Of a stretch of DNA of 45,672 nucleotides, positions 29,337-40,581 are shown piece by piece. The stretch comes from Candidatus Nitrosocosmicus sp. (lineage in GTDB: Archaea; Thermoproteota; Nitrososphaeria; Nitrososphaerales; Nitrososphaeraceae), in assembly GCA_009379865.1 (NCBI GenBank), contig WHSX01000002.1, positions 1-45,672 of the forward strand, given 5' to 3'. Below the pieces are notes generated by a model that made no database searches, was not told the origin of the DNA, and saw only the letters and a list, made by a program, of their open reading frames with translations. Positions within the stretch are counted from its first letter, which is position 1; each line of letters starts with the position of its first letter. The translations under genes and the position numbers were made by a program.

Positions 29337-31112
29337 TCATGGTCTTTTGAATGATGGTTTTGGTATATCTATTTTGATAGGATGTCTAAATGCAGGATGT
29401 ACCAGAATAAACTCACCTTTGTGTAGTTTGCTAATAACTGATTTGGTAGTGTCATCTACCATCGAATAAGAATTTGAAGAAAGTTCGGATAAACCCAACT
29501 TGGTGATAACATGTAAACCAGTATTTTCATTAAGGCTTGGTTCAATTTGACTTTTGAATTGTTGGGCTGAGAAAAGTATACAGTGTCTGGATTTGCCAGT
29601 AATTAAGGTTTTTAATAATTCTTCAGCAACAGCCGATCGATTTGACATCGAAATTCCAAAACCCGGAGTGCTTGATTCCCCGCGTGGCAAAAATCTGTTA
29701 ATTTCATCAATAAAAATTACAATATATTTTGGTTTTTTTGTTCCCTCTATTGCTTCATCAATTTCAACGTCGCCAGGGCCATAAGCTTCATCTGGTATAC
29801 TTACATGTCCAAGAGAGTACATCTCGTTTATCGTTTTCATTACATCTCCAACCACAAATGCTTGTTCGTCTAATGTAGGCAGCATAGCGATATCTATGAC
29901 CAACACTTAATTTTTCTTCATTTTTCTAATTTCCTTGCCAAGATATCGGCTTGTTATCTTTTTGTCTACAAACAGAGTAGATGGTTTCCTATATTTTTGG
30001 ATCATCCCTTGAAACTTTAAAAGTGTTGTTTTATGGCTAACGATTTCCTCGGGATATTCACTAAAATTAATCAAGTCCGTCCACGTTGAAATTTTATTAG
30101 GATTTCCCTTGTCAGTACCACCTTGGCTTAATTTGGGCCATAATTCATAAATGTAATTTAGGATTGATGAAATATTATGTTGAGGATCTAGCGTTGTTTC
30201 AGAGGAAAATAACAACTCCAACCGATCATAAACATCGGATAATTCAAAAGAATATGTGAAATAGTTTTTTTCAGGAACATGTGCAGAATTTGGTTTACCA
30301 TCTTTTCCTCTTGGGAGAAAATATTTTACATTGTTAAATGGAGTCAAATTCAACCCAAGTATGTCCAATACATGTTTATCCTCACTTGCATGGCCTTCAT
30401 CTCTCTCTTTATCAAGATATAGAAGATCTTTTTCTTTAGTATTGAACAAGATTATAGAAATACCTTCTTCTGATAGTTTTTGATGAAGAACTTGTAACAA
30501 AAATAAAAGGTAACTAGTCTTCATGTTCCCTGAAATTCCAGCGGCGTTAACGTGAGTGGTATCGGGCCCAAAAATGTACGTAACATCTAGATCTATAGGG
30601 ATTTTAGTATCGTTAGTCATCGAAATCACACCTGCAGGAATAGGATGTACCATTTCTGGAATTCCAAGTGATGAAATGACCTCCTCGGAAGTAGCAAAAG
30701 TTACAGGTTTCCCTTCCTGAACTGGCATATTGATACTCCAATTTTTTGATTTTACGGGTATTTTGTTAAAGCTCGAAGAATTTGAAGAAATTTCATCATG
30801 AGGCTTGTGAAATTGACGGTTAGCAATTACATCAATCTTTGCAACTGTCATGCCATCTCCCCACTTTTCTTCCGTATTCACAATTAGATTCATATGATAT
30901 GGAGACAGATTTTTAGAAGTTTCAGAGTTTAAATAGATCCTCTTTAGTTCTTTAACAATTCCTATAGTCCTAGTGCTGTGAATATTTTCTACACTTATAA
31001 AATCAAAAGGATTTATCAGGATTTCAGGTTTAATTATTATCCAAAATGAATCAATAGAATTTGAAAAATTTTCAGATACGAAGGTTATTCCAATGGGTTT
31101 GTCATCTTGCAT
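29337..31112 (-). pseudogene. HerA/FtsK-like ATPase interrupted by a single in-frame TAA
   Basis: ORFs 29907-31112 and 29337-29906 share one frame (..KMKKN*VLVIDI..); GISGNMKTS Walker A-like, FIDEINRF Walker B, LFSAQQ. Confidence 0.75.
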
Positions 31113-31551
31113 CTGTAAAATCTTAGTCTACAAAGGTTATAAGAAACCAAGTATCAATTTGTCTACCAATTCAGTCATCTTTACAACACACCCATCTTAA
31201 TGATTTTCTTTTTTGATTTTCGAAAAGGTCCTGAAAATAGCCTTACTTGCAACAAATTTTTCTGAATTTAAAACGATGACGAATCGTATCAAAGGATAGT
31301 TCAACTATGATACAGAACGGATTTTAATATTAATAAAAATATCAAAAGATATGTCTTTGATGTTTACATATGTAATGGATTACACCTGCGTAACGATAAA
31401 TTCGAGCATACCAGTTTAAATGTGCAGAAGATTGTCTCGAAAAGTAGCATCGTTGAAATTTCATTATCAATTTTTTCTAATAACTTTTTACTAATTTTTC
31501 TTAACATCAGAAAATTTTGTGGTTTGATCATGGTTATTAACCTAAAAATAT

Positions 31552-32418
31552 ATGCAAGCATACCAATTTGATAGATTGATAAATAATTCAAAAATATGGA
31601 TGATAATAGTTATACCGCTTGCCATAATGCTAGTAATTTTTGGTTATCTTGCGTATCAGATGAATAGTATCTCAGTCACACTAAGCGCTGTATTGGAACA
31701 AAATTCATCATTATATGAGACAAAAACTAGAGAGAATTTAGGATTACTGCAGACTAAAGAAAACAGCAATAACAATGGGACAAACGAAAATAGTAATTCA
31801 GAACAACTAGTGTTAAGTAACGTATCATCCGCAACATTATCTGAATCACCAGAAACTGGGACAGATAGCGGTGGACAGGAAGTGAACACTGGAACTTCTC
31901 CTTATGACGTAATACATGACGCTATAATCCCAGATCCATCTTCTATTTTGTCCGTAATTATTAGAACTGCAATAATTGCAACATTGGTTTTTATTATAGT
32001 GAAATGGCTTGGTGGAAAAGGAATTGGCCAGTTATCTCCATTTGGATTATTGATCGTAGTGGGACTGGGCTCAGCAATTGGTGACCCAATGATTTATAAA
32101 GAAATATCTATTCCACAGGCGATGTCGGCCGTCATAATCGCAGTGATATTCTTTAAAGTAATTGACTATTTGACCTTAAGGAGTAGGCGATTTAGAGAAT
32201 CCCTAGAACCTAAACCAATCTTGTTAGTAGAACATGGTATGATTGTTAATGACGGTCTAAAGAAAGCTAAAATGGATGTGGCAGAATTTGAAGCCGAAAT
32301 GAGATTAAAGGGATTAGAAAATGCAAGCGAAATTAAGTATGCGCGTTTAGAATCTAATGGTAAGATAAGCTTTATTATGAGAAAGAAAAAGACATCAGAC
32401 GGATTTGAAGATGACTGA
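31552..32418 (+). CDS. DUF421 (YetF-like) membrane protein with N-terminal extension
   Basis: GGKGIGQLSPF, KPILLVEHG, ARLESNGKISF. Confidence 0.85.
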   Translation: MQAYQFDRLINNSKIWMIIVIPLAIMLVIFGYLAYQMNSISVTLSAVLEQNSSLYETKTRENLGLLQTKENSNNNGTNENSNSEQLVLSNVSSATLSESPETGTDSGGQEVNTGTSPYDVIHDAIIPDPSSILSVIIRTAIIATLVFIIVKWLGGKGIGQLSPFGLLIVVGLGSAIGDPMIYKEISIPQAMSAVIIAVIFFKVIDYLTLRSRRFRESLEPKPILLVEHGMIVNDGLKKAKMDVAEFEAEMRLKGLENASEIKYARLESNGKISFIMRKKKTSDGFEDD

Positions 32419-32777
32419 CTAATTAAAGTATGAACTGGGCTCTTCCAATTATGTCATCCAAGATTATGAGTAATTTGAGCATTAGTAATTGATCTTCATG
32501 ATAGTAACCTTTTAAGTAAGAAAATATACATTAATAATATCGTAACTATTCCTCACAGTTGATCCTCTTTTGAATGAAATCGTCAATTGCAATCTGATGT
32601 AATAATTCACTGACATTATAATCACTAAATAAGAGAACAGTTATGCATCAAGGTATTAGAATTATCGCAAAGAAAGGTACATTATTTGGATTAGATTGAT
32701 AGAGTTACATGAATTTCAAGATAATTCTTATTTACCAAGTTGTTTAATTTATATAATTCATTCTCATTTTTAGAGTA

Positions 32778-33134
32778 TTGAACAGCAGTGACGACATAAA
32801 ATACGTAGTAGTAGTAAGAAAAGATCTAGGAATGGGTGTCGGAAAAATTGCTGGCCAAGTAGGGCATGCATGCAGTTCGGTAGTGTGGCAAAACCCAGAC
32901 CATGTTGCTAATTGGTTTAAGTACGGTGGTCAAAAAAAAGCAGTATTAAAGATCCAATCAGAAACAGAACTGATTGATATAATAAAAAAGGCTCAAGCAT
33001 ATGGTATAATAACTACAGTCATCATAGATGCTGGAAAAACCCAGATAGAACCTAATACTATGACATGTTGTGGGTTTGGCCCAGATTATTCAACAAAATT
33101 GGATAAATTTACTGGGCATTTAAAGTTATTATAG
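32778..33134 (+). CDS. pth2: Peptidyl-tRNA hydrolase, archaeal/eukaryotic type 2
   Basis: VVRKDLGMGVGKIAGQVGHA, GQKKAVLK, DAGKTQI, GFGP, TGHLKLL. Confidence 0.93.
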   Translation: MNSSDDIKYVVVVRKDLGMGVGKIAGQVGHACSSVVWQNPDHVANWFKYGGQKKAVLKIQSETELIDIIKKAQAYGIITTVIIDAGKTQIEPNTMTCCGFGPDYSTKLDKFTGHLKLL

Positions 33135-33400
33135 CGGTAACATAGTTGTTGATTTGAAAATGAATTTGGTTCTTCATTTAAAAATTTAATGGCTCAAATT
33201 CGATGGACCAACAAAAAACACTAATCATCAAGATACAAGAATTGACATTTATTTTAGAAATTAATATCTTAAAGAGGGAAGACGACAAATATTCTAAAAA
33301 AATGTTAAAAGAGATGCAGAATTACTCCAGATTGATGCTAAGTCTTACTTTTTTTTATCTATGTCAAGATATTTGATGTTAATATGTGGTAGTTTGAAAT

Positions 33401-34339
33401 ATGCCCGTAACAAATACTAATCACACTTTTTATTACTTGGGTTTATCAGTCCTATTTTCGACTGCGATAGGGCTACTATTCCCATATATAGGAATTCTGG
33501 TAGAACCGTATTTGTTATTGTGGCTGGGACTTTTACTTTTGTTTAATCTAATCAATATGAATCTATCAGAGCTTTATACAGTTTTTTCTCATCCAAAGAA
33601 GCTAATTATACTTACAATAGCGAAACTGGTGTTAATTCCGGTCGGGATGTATGCAATAATGAACATGGTTTCCCTAACCATTATTCCGGTAGGTACGAAC
33701 TTAATGTTATCAGTGTTCTTATTATCTGGCATCTCTACAGGGCTTGGATCACCATTCGTTGTAAACTTTATTGGGGGCAGATTACCAATAGTGGTTGGAT
33801 TAATAATAGCAACTTCGTTATCGGTCCCATTTATATTACCTATTTTAATATTTCTTTTTTTTAGTAGCAACTTTGCAATTCCAATTTTCGACATGATAGT
33901 TCTTCTCTTAGTAGCATTAATTATACCCTTGATATCCAGTCAGCTATTAAAAAAATTTTCCCCTAAACTTACGCATCAGATCAATAAACAATCCTTTAAC
34001 CTCTCACTTGTTTTCATTTTTCTAATTAACCTAGGTGTATTTGCCAAATATTCCTATTTCTTTTTTTCTAATCCTCTCGTAACCGTAGAAAATATCATAT
34101 TGGCATTTATATTGTTTGGCTATTATGGACTGACAGGGTATGTCATCTCAGGACTAATGGGCCTATCAAAGGATGATAGAATATCGACAATGATTTCAAT
34201 GATATATATTAACAATATTTTGATAGTAGTGTTTGCTCAACAATTCTTTGGAACTGAGATTGCTGCATTAGCTGCTTTTTTCAATATCCCCTATTATCTG
34301 GGGATATTACTGCTTAAAAAAACTTTGAAGGCAAAGTAA
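33401..34339 (+). CDS. BASS/ACR3-like (bile acid:sodium symporter family) membrane transporter
   Basis: About 10 hydrophobic helices; KLVLIP, STGLGSP..IGG, INN motif. Confidence 0.7.
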   Translation: MPVTNTNHTFYYLGLSVLFSTAIGLLFPYIGILVEPYLLLWLGLLLLFNLINMNLSELYTVFSHPKKLIILTIAKLVLIPVGMYAIMNMVSLTIIPVGTNLMLSVFLLSGISTGLGSPFVVNFIGGRLPIVVGLIIATSLSVPFILPILIFLFFSSNFAIPIFDMIVLLLVALIIPLISSQLLKKFSPKLTHQINKQSFNLSLVFIFLINLGVFAKYSYFFFSNPLVTVENIILAFILFGYYGLTGYVISGLMGLSKDDRISTMISMIYINNILIVVFAQQFFGTEIAALAAFFNIPYYLGILLLKKTLKAK

Positions 34340-34564
34340 ATTCTTGTATTCAATTATTTTATCTCAAGCTTTTTTGGAAGAAAAGGTCACAAAGTCGGTC
34401 ATATTTTAACACAAGGTGTAACCGTGCTGACCAAAACTACATACGGGTTTGGACTTTTTCATTAAATAGGCATCAAGGGCTATTGGTGATATATCGTCAT
34501 AAGATGTTACTAAAAAAAATCAAGGTAGCCTCTCTTTATGAATGTGCAGTCTAATACCCCATCG

Positions 34565-35164
34565 TTACTCTCTGTAGTGTACTGCATATGAATTTTGTAT
34601 TGTTGAACTCAAATCCTTTTTAAATTGATTGTTAATTAAGTTGCCGTATACCACTAAATCCCTTGCAAAACTTTCAAGCCTACTTAGCAATTGAGCATTT
34701 ATGATTTCGCGATCTGTATTAAAATCTTGGGTTGAGTTTATTGAAATTCCATATGGTAAACTCCATCCATAACATTGCCTTATAGCAGTTCTCATCTGGT
34801 CCATTACAGTTAAGCCCTTTTCATGCGAAGAGCAAAGGTACCCGAATGTCTTTCCGGCAAACTCAGCCCAAAAGTAATCTAAAAAGTTTTTCAGTGATCC
34901 TGCCATTGAACCATGGTAGTCGGGTGTTGCAAGGATTATTGCGTCAGCCCAATTAACCAATTCAACGGCATGTTTAATTGCGCTTAATTTTTCATTGTAA
35001 TCGGCAGTATACATGGGTAAGGGATTTGAATAAAGATTCAATAATCTAGTATCTCCTCCATTTTTGTTAGCTTTGTTTAAGATAATCTTCAAAGTCTCTG
35101 TACTAAAAGAATCTCGCCTCATGCTAGATCCTACACCAAGAACGTTTAAGGTCATCTCTAGCAA
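34565..35164 (-). CDS. NADPH-dependent FMN reductase (SsuE-like flavodoxin fold)
   Basis: GSSMRRDSFS, ADAIILATPDYHGSMAGSLKNFLD. Confidence 0.9.
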   Translation of the reverse strand: MLEMTLNVLGVGSSMRRDSFSTETLKIILNKANKNGGDTRLLNLYSNPLPMYTADYNEKLSAIKHAVELVNWADAIILATPDYHGSMAGSLKNFLDYFWAEFAGKTFGYLCSSHEKGLTVMDQMRTAIRQCYGWSLPYGISINSTQDFNTDREIINAQLLSRLESFARDLVVYGNLINNQFKKDLSSTIQNSYAVHYRE

Positions 35165-35294
35165 CTATCACCTGCAGTGATTGGAAAAGTGTAATTTATT
35201 TTATTCACATATCGTATTCGTGACGGTAATTTATAAATATAATCGTTTACAAATTATATAAATTAGAAAATATAAATGTCAACTATAACAAACA

Positions 35295-35966
35295 CTAAAG
35301 AAACTCATTCTTTTCTTTAATTAAGAACTTACAAATTGAATCTCCTTTCGCTGCTCTATGAGTGACTTCTACTTTAGCATCCAAAACATGTTCAAATAAT
35401 TCAGTTTCAATGGAGCAAGCCTCCCAATGTTTTTCTGCGATCATTATTATTGGACAATTATATTCCAGAAGAGTATGAGAACTGCTTTTTCTATCTTTTT
35501 TGGATTCAGCAATATAGCCTTCTTCATCCCTGATTCTTGCCAGCTCTTTTACCTTTTCATTAAATTCCATATCTTTCATACGAACACTATATTTTTCAAA
35601 TAGTTCCTTTTGACGTTCCCGCAATACTGACTCCACTGCATCTTTCCCCATTTTTTTTTCAAGGTAGTCCAAAGCATGTGTTGCTATTTCACCATATGAT
35701 TTAGGAAATGCAGTTTTACCAGTACTTGTCAACGAGTATTGCATTACGGGTCTCCCCACACCCTTTCGAATTTCCATACTTTCAACTAAACCTCTATCTT
35801 GTAAATCACTCAAATGCTTGTGAACAGCCATTCTAGAAATCTTCATAACTTTTGACAAGTCCTCTAACCCTGCTTGCCTCATGACTTTAAGAAAATACAA
35901 TATTTTTCTTTTTGGATCAGATTGTGAAAAGGTTTCGGATTTCATTATATTATACTTTGTCAACAA
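35295..35966 (-). CDS. SufR-like HTH transcriptional regulator (candidate Fe-S sensor)
   Basis: ISRMAVHKHL helix-turn-helix, GVGRP, FPKSY, three C-terminal Cys (EYNCPI, EACSIE, DSICKF). Confidence 0.8.
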   Translation of the reverse strand: MLTKYNIMKSETFSQSDPKRKILYFLKVMRQAGLEDLSKVMKISRMAVHKHLSDLQDRGLVESMEIRKGVGRPVMQYSLTSTGKTAFPKSYGEIATHALDYLEKKMGKDAVESVLRERQKELFEKYSVRMKDMEFNEKVKELARIRDEEGYIAESKKDRKSSSHTLLEYNCPIIMIAEKHWEACSIETELFEHVLDAKVEVTHRAAKGDSICKFLIKEKNEFL

Positions 35967-36221
35967 AAATCACTTAATATACCTAAATAAAACACTTCTA
36001 ATTAATATACAATTTGGTTTATTAATTAAGGTAAGATCTAGGTTGCTATTTATTTATCAGTCAAATTAAGAATCAATATCCGATCATAGATCCGTGTTTA
36101 AGCTTAAACCAAGGAATAAAAAATTAGGACCCAATCAAACTTTGACTCTATATTGGTCCATAACTTCTAATAAGTGTAAGGTACCAAAGTTTAAAAATGG
36201 TTCAAAATAACAAATTGTAGG

Positions 36222-37145
36222 TTGATCATAACAAAACCTCATTTGGCAATAGTAGGTTTGACAATCATAACTATTATTCTAATATATTACTATTACTATG
36301 AGATTGTTATATTGCAAGAGAAACAACCCGAGCCCCAAAAGGTAATTACTCCTGAAGGCAAAGATATTTTTGGAGTTGACGAGATTTATCCCACGGCAAA
36401 AGATGGAAGAGAGTGGTTTATTAATATGGAAGATCCTCTAAATGATGAGTCCTTCTCAATTACATCAAATGTTCCCATATTCAAGAATTCAGAGGATGGG
36501 ATATTCTGGTCAATAAATGATACTCAGATAAGAATGAATGTAAATACTCCAGTTAATTCACAACCATGGAAAAATATTGAGATGACCGGTTATGTCAAGA
36601 TAAAGTCAGTTTATGATACCAATCAAGAAGATGATGAAGGTACCGATAGTGGGGATTCGGAGTCTCTGGCTCCTGATTTTACATGGCGTGCGCGAGGGGG
36701 CTCACATAATAGTCAAAATCCTTGTGAAGGAACAGCATTAAATGGAGGAATTGACGTGGTAAACATGGAAGCGGCTTGGAAGAAGGAAATTTGGCATACA
36801 GGCGGATACACCGATTCTAGAGGTTCCGCTAAAGCTACTGAGAATCCTCTGTTAGATAGATGGATAGGGTGGAAGATTATAATATACAACCAGGATAATG
36901 ATAGCAGTGTCAAAATGGAATCATTTATTGATGATAATAATGATAATGTATGGAAAAAGGTTAACGAAATCACTGATGAAGGTGGCTGGTTTGCCAATAG
37001 TTCAGATAAAGAATTTAACAGTGCAAATTGCGATAGGCCCAAAGACTACGTCATAACTAATTCAGGACCTATAGCAAGTTTTAGAGCAGACAACATAGCT
37101 TTTGATTTTAAGAATCTTAGCATCAGAGAAATTCAGCCTGTCTGA
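36222..37145 (+). CDS. Membrane-anchored extracellular beta-rich hypothetical protein
   Basis: N-terminal TM segment; DIFGVDEIYPT..GREW, WKNIEMTGY, ARGGSH, WKKEIWH..GY, WIGWK. Confidence 0.7.
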   Translation: MIITKPHLAIVGLTIITIILIYYYYYEIVILQEKQPEPQKVITPEGKDIFGVDEIYPTAKDGREWFINMEDPLNDESFSITSNVPIFKNSEDGIFWSINDTQIRMNVNTPVNSQPWKNIEMTGYVKIKSVYDTNQEDDEGTDSGDSESLAPDFTWRARGGSHNSQNPCEGTALNGGIDVVNMEAAWKKEIWHTGGYTDSRGSAKATENPLLDRWIGWKIIIYNQDNDSSVKMESFIDDNNDNVWKKVNEITDEGGWFANSSDKEFNSANCDRPKDYVITNSGPIASFRADNIAFDFKNLSIREIQPV

Positions 37146-37447
37146 AATAATCTAAAACTAATGATGTTTAAGTCATAGAAAAGCATGACACTAGTTTTTA
37201 GCAATTAGTTGTCTTTATAGACAAAAACATATTTATCGAATATGAGATAATTTCGATGTTTTGATATGGGTTATCGTTCAGATCCTACTTCAACTTTCTA
37301 GTCTACCAGATAAGACCTGTTAGATATCAAAGTAGAAAATACCGCCTTAAAGCACTTTGACGACTGAAATATTCCATCTGCTTTTCAAAGGACATGTCTA
37401 CACTCATTGTTAGTAGTGGTTCGGGTCATAAAACCCAAACATTGAAA

Positions 37448-37484
37448 ACTTAAACGAGGTTAACATTTATTAACCTAGTTAAGT
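37448..37484. promoter_or_regulatory. Inverted repeat, candidate DtxR/MntR operator
   Basis: ACTTAA..AGGTTAA-CATTTA-TTAACCT..TTAAGT ending 10 bp before the MCO start; half-sites resemble the DtxR box AGGTTA/TAACCT. Confidence 0.5.
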
Positions 37485-37494
37485 AATATAGATT

Positions 37495-38838
37495 ATGCAA
37501 AATTTCAGGCGGTTGGTATTGCCTCTTTTTTCAATAGTTTTGGTTGTTACGGTAGCTTTGATAATGTCTACCTACCTACTTAACTCATTAAATCCATCTT
37601 TTGATACCCATGCTCAAAACTCGACCGACAATAGAAAAATGATTGGAAGTCATACTCCAGGCTATCCTGTGTTCCGATCAACTGGAGATATACTGGATCC
37701 TATTTCTATTCCTGGCAACTCAAAAAATGCAGTAGTAGATCCGAATCAATATTTACGTGAATTCAATTACGGGCACGTTTCAAAATATCCAAATGGAACC
37801 ACCCTAAGGGAATACACATTAGTTGCTTCGGATTCGGAAATAAAAGAAGTGTCACCAGGGGTTTTTTACAATGTTTGGACGTACAATGGCACAATACCTG
37901 GCCCGACAATTCGAGCTACAGAAGGTGATAAGATGAAGATCAATTTCATAAATAACGGTTCAAAACCTCATTCAATACACACCCACGGAATTCATCCAGC
38001 AGAGATGGATGGGGTTTTTGACATGATTGGTCCAAAGGGCAGGTTTACGTATGAATTTACCGCTGAACCATATGGTGTTTATCCTTACCATTGTCACATG
38101 ACACCTCTAGAAGAACACATTACACATGGACTTTATGGTGTGATGATTATTGATCCAAAAACTCCAAGGCCACAAGCAGATGAAATGGTCATGGTTATGA
38201 ATGGTTATGATACCGACTTTGACACAGAAAATAACTTTTACACTGTAAACGGAATCCCATATTTCTACATGCATGATCCGATAGAGATCAAAAAGAATGA
38301 ACTAACAAGAATTTATCTCGTCAATATGTTAGAGTTTGATCCAATAAACAACTTTCATTTGCACGCTAACATGTTTAACTATTATCCAAGCGGAACTAGT
38401 CAAACCCCTGTTGAGTTAAATGACATCGTAACCATGAGTCAAGGAGAAAGAGGTATCTTAGAATTCAAGTATAAATATCCAGGAAATTACATGTTCCACG
38501 CTCATAAGACAGAATTTGCAGAAAAGGGCTGGATGGGTATGTTCAACGTAGTGGAGAACAGTCAAGACGATAAAAATGAGGTTGATCTGAGTAGTAAAAA
38601 TGTAGAAAATCCAAAGAATGTATCTGTTTCCAAGAATCAATCATATTTCGTAGTAGATTCTAGTCAAAATGCTGGAAAGAATATTAATTCAGAAAATAAT
38701 AATATGGTATATAATTATTCATCCTATAAGGTTAGTAATAACTCACTTCATAACAGCCAACAACACACAAACAATCCAAATGATGTAATTTCTTCGTATC
38801 AATACAATGCAATCTCAAGCCAAGGAGCAACTAGATAA
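37495..38838 (+). CDS. Two-domain multicopper oxidase
   Basis: HSIHTHG, YHCH..HITHGLYG, NFHLHAN, FHAH..EFAEKGWM; N-terminal TM segment. Confidence 0.9.
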   Translation: MQNFRRLVLPLFSIVLVVTVALIMSTYLLNSLNPSFDTHAQNSTDNRKMIGSHTPGYPVFRSTGDILDPISIPGNSKNAVVDPNQYLREFNYGHVSKYPNGTTLREYTLVASDSEIKEVSPGVFYNVWTYNGTIPGPTIRATEGDKMKINFINNGSKPHSIHTHGIHPAEMDGVFDMIGPKGRFTYEFTAEPYGVYPYHCHMTPLEEHITHGLYGVMIIDPKTPRPQADEMVMVMNGYDTDFDTENNFYTVNGIPYFYMHDPIEIKKNELTRIYLVNMLEFDPINNFHLHANMFNYYPSGTSQTPVELNDIVTMSQGERGILEFKYKYPGNYMFHAHKTEFAEKGWMGMFNVVENSQDDKNEVDLSSKNVENPKNVSVSKNQSYFVVDSSQNAGKNINSENNNMVYNYSSYKVSNNSLHNSQQHTNNPNDVISSYQYNAISSQGATR

Positions 38839-40514
38839 TGGAAGATAAGAAATTGGAAAAAGCAGCAAAGAATGAAGAATTAGGTATGAATGAGAAAAAC
38901 AAAATATCCACCAACACTTTTGACGATATTAATGGACAAGACCAAGAGAAACCAGATGTTGGAGATACGAAAGAGCAAACCATTATTGGCATCAATGCAG
39001 ATAAAGCAAATACAAAAGCGACTAAAGGAAAAAGAAAAAAAATTGCATCGTTGGTTCTAGCCGTTACACCACTGATAATCCTAGCAGGTATGATTTATTT
39101 TCTTTCAAGTCCATATGGTCAAAACTTGATAAACACAGGTGTTCCCCTCCCAGAAGTAACTATAGAAAAGGTTGAGTTCCATGAGAATCAAGTGGTGGCT
39201 TTTATCCGTAATACGGGTCCCGAGCAAGTTACGATTTCTCAAGCAGACATTAATGATAGGATACAATCTGCGGCAATCGAACCATCTCAAGTATTACCAA
39301 GGCTTTCGGAAGCCAAAGTCATAATACCCTTTTTTTGGAACACAGCAGAACCTTATGAAGTAGGCATAACTACTTCTGATGGAACAAGATTTAGCAAGGT
39401 CGTCGATGCTGCTGCTCCTGCTCCAATTCCAAACATCAATCAGTTCTCAGTATTTGCGATGTTGGGAGTATTTGTAGGTGTGATACCAGTACTTATTGGA
39501 CTTGCATGGTATCCGTTTTTGAGGAAAATAACAAGAAATCAGTATAATTTCTTTTTGAGTTTAACCGCAGGTTTGCTGGTATTCTTAGGTATTGATGCAT
39601 TTTTAGAAAGCAACGAAATAGCTACGAATAATTTAGCTGCAACATTTAATGGCCAACTTTTAATACCAATCATAATCATCGCGACTTTCCTTGGACTATT
39701 CTATCTCTCAGAATATTTCGGCAAGAGAGCAGAGTCAAAGTTATCATCTGAATATGAAAAAGAGAAGAAAGTGCAAAATGAGGCAGGATATTTGAGTGCT
39801 CAAAATAATTCTTTGGAATCATCCCCTAAACCCATGTCGAAAACAAGGATTTCATCAAAATCTATGACAAATCCGCTTTCAAGTGATACGATAGATCTAA
39901 CACAAAAAGGGCAGGAGGAGAATGCAGAGAAGAAAAAAGAAGAAAAACTGACCCAGTTGATCGATAGGCGTGAAATCATCAAGCCACTTACTCTCTCTCT
40001 AATGGTTGCTATTGGAATTGGATTACATAATTTTGGAGAGGGCTTGGCAATAGGAGCAGCAGTTTTACTCGGTGAAATTGCGCTTAGCACCTTTTTGATA
40101 ATTGGCTTTACAATACATAATACAACAGAAGGACTGGCTATCGTTGCACCCCTTGCAAAAACAGGAAGGTTAATGATAAGACGATTAATTGCAATGGGAC
40201 TCATTGCAGGGGTTCCTACTATTTTAGGTACCTGGATCGGCGGATTTGTATATTCTCCATTAGCCTCAATCATATTCTTGTCGGTTGGAGCTGGTGCAAT
40301 ATTTCAGGTTGTTTACGCCCTCGCAGTTTGGATGAGTAAATCATTAAGGCAAAGTAGTAAGGCTAACGACACTGAAAACAGGGATTTTGGAGAAAAAACA
40401 GCTAGGTCAGGAATGAAATCACTAGATTCCCAGGAGAAAAGTCCCAGCGCTGCAATAATAGCGGGCTTTATCACAGGATTGCTAATAATGTACGTAACAG
40501 GATTGCTGGTGTAG
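38838..40514 (+). CDS. ZIP-family divalent metal transporter with an extracellular N-terminal domain
   Basis: GLHNFGEG and TIHNTTEG motifs; TAATG overlap with the MCO stop. Confidence 0.9.
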   Translation: MEDKKLEKAAKNEELGMNEKNKISTNTFDDINGQDQEKPDVGDTKEQTIIGINADKANTKATKGKRKKIASLVLAVTPLIILAGMIYFLSSPYGQNLINTGVPLPEVTIEKVEFHENQVVAFIRNTGPEQVTISQADINDRIQSAAIEPSQVLPRLSEAKVIIPFFWNTAEPYEVGITTSDGTRFSKVVDAAAPAPIPNINQFSVFAMLGVFVGVIPVLIGLAWYPFLRKITRNQYNFFLSLTAGLLVFLGIDAFLESNEIATNNLAATFNGQLLIPIIIIATFLGLFYLSEYFGKRAESKLSSEYEKEKKVQNEAGYLSAQNNSLESSPKPMSKTRISSKSMTNPLSSDTIDLTQKGQEENAEKKKEEKLTQLIDRREIIKPLTLSLMVAIGIGLHNFGEGLAIGAAVLLGEIALSTFLIIGFTIHNTTEGLAIVAPLAKTGRLMIRRLIAMGLIAGVPTILGTWIGGFVYSPLASIIFLSVGAGAIFQVVYALAVWMSKSLRQSSKANDTENRDFGEKTARSGMKSLDSQEKSPSAAIIAGFITGLLIMYVTGLLV

Positions 40515-40581
40515 TGTGATAGTCTTGCAAAGTTTTTTATCAAACCCTGGTTTCTATATAACTAACTGGGTGAACTAGACA

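Noticed and set aside
21553..31112. Anti-viral defence locus (patatin, phosphoesterase, HerA)
   Set aside because: The genes are scattered on both strands, not operonic, and lack a cyclase, Sir2 or nuclease partner.
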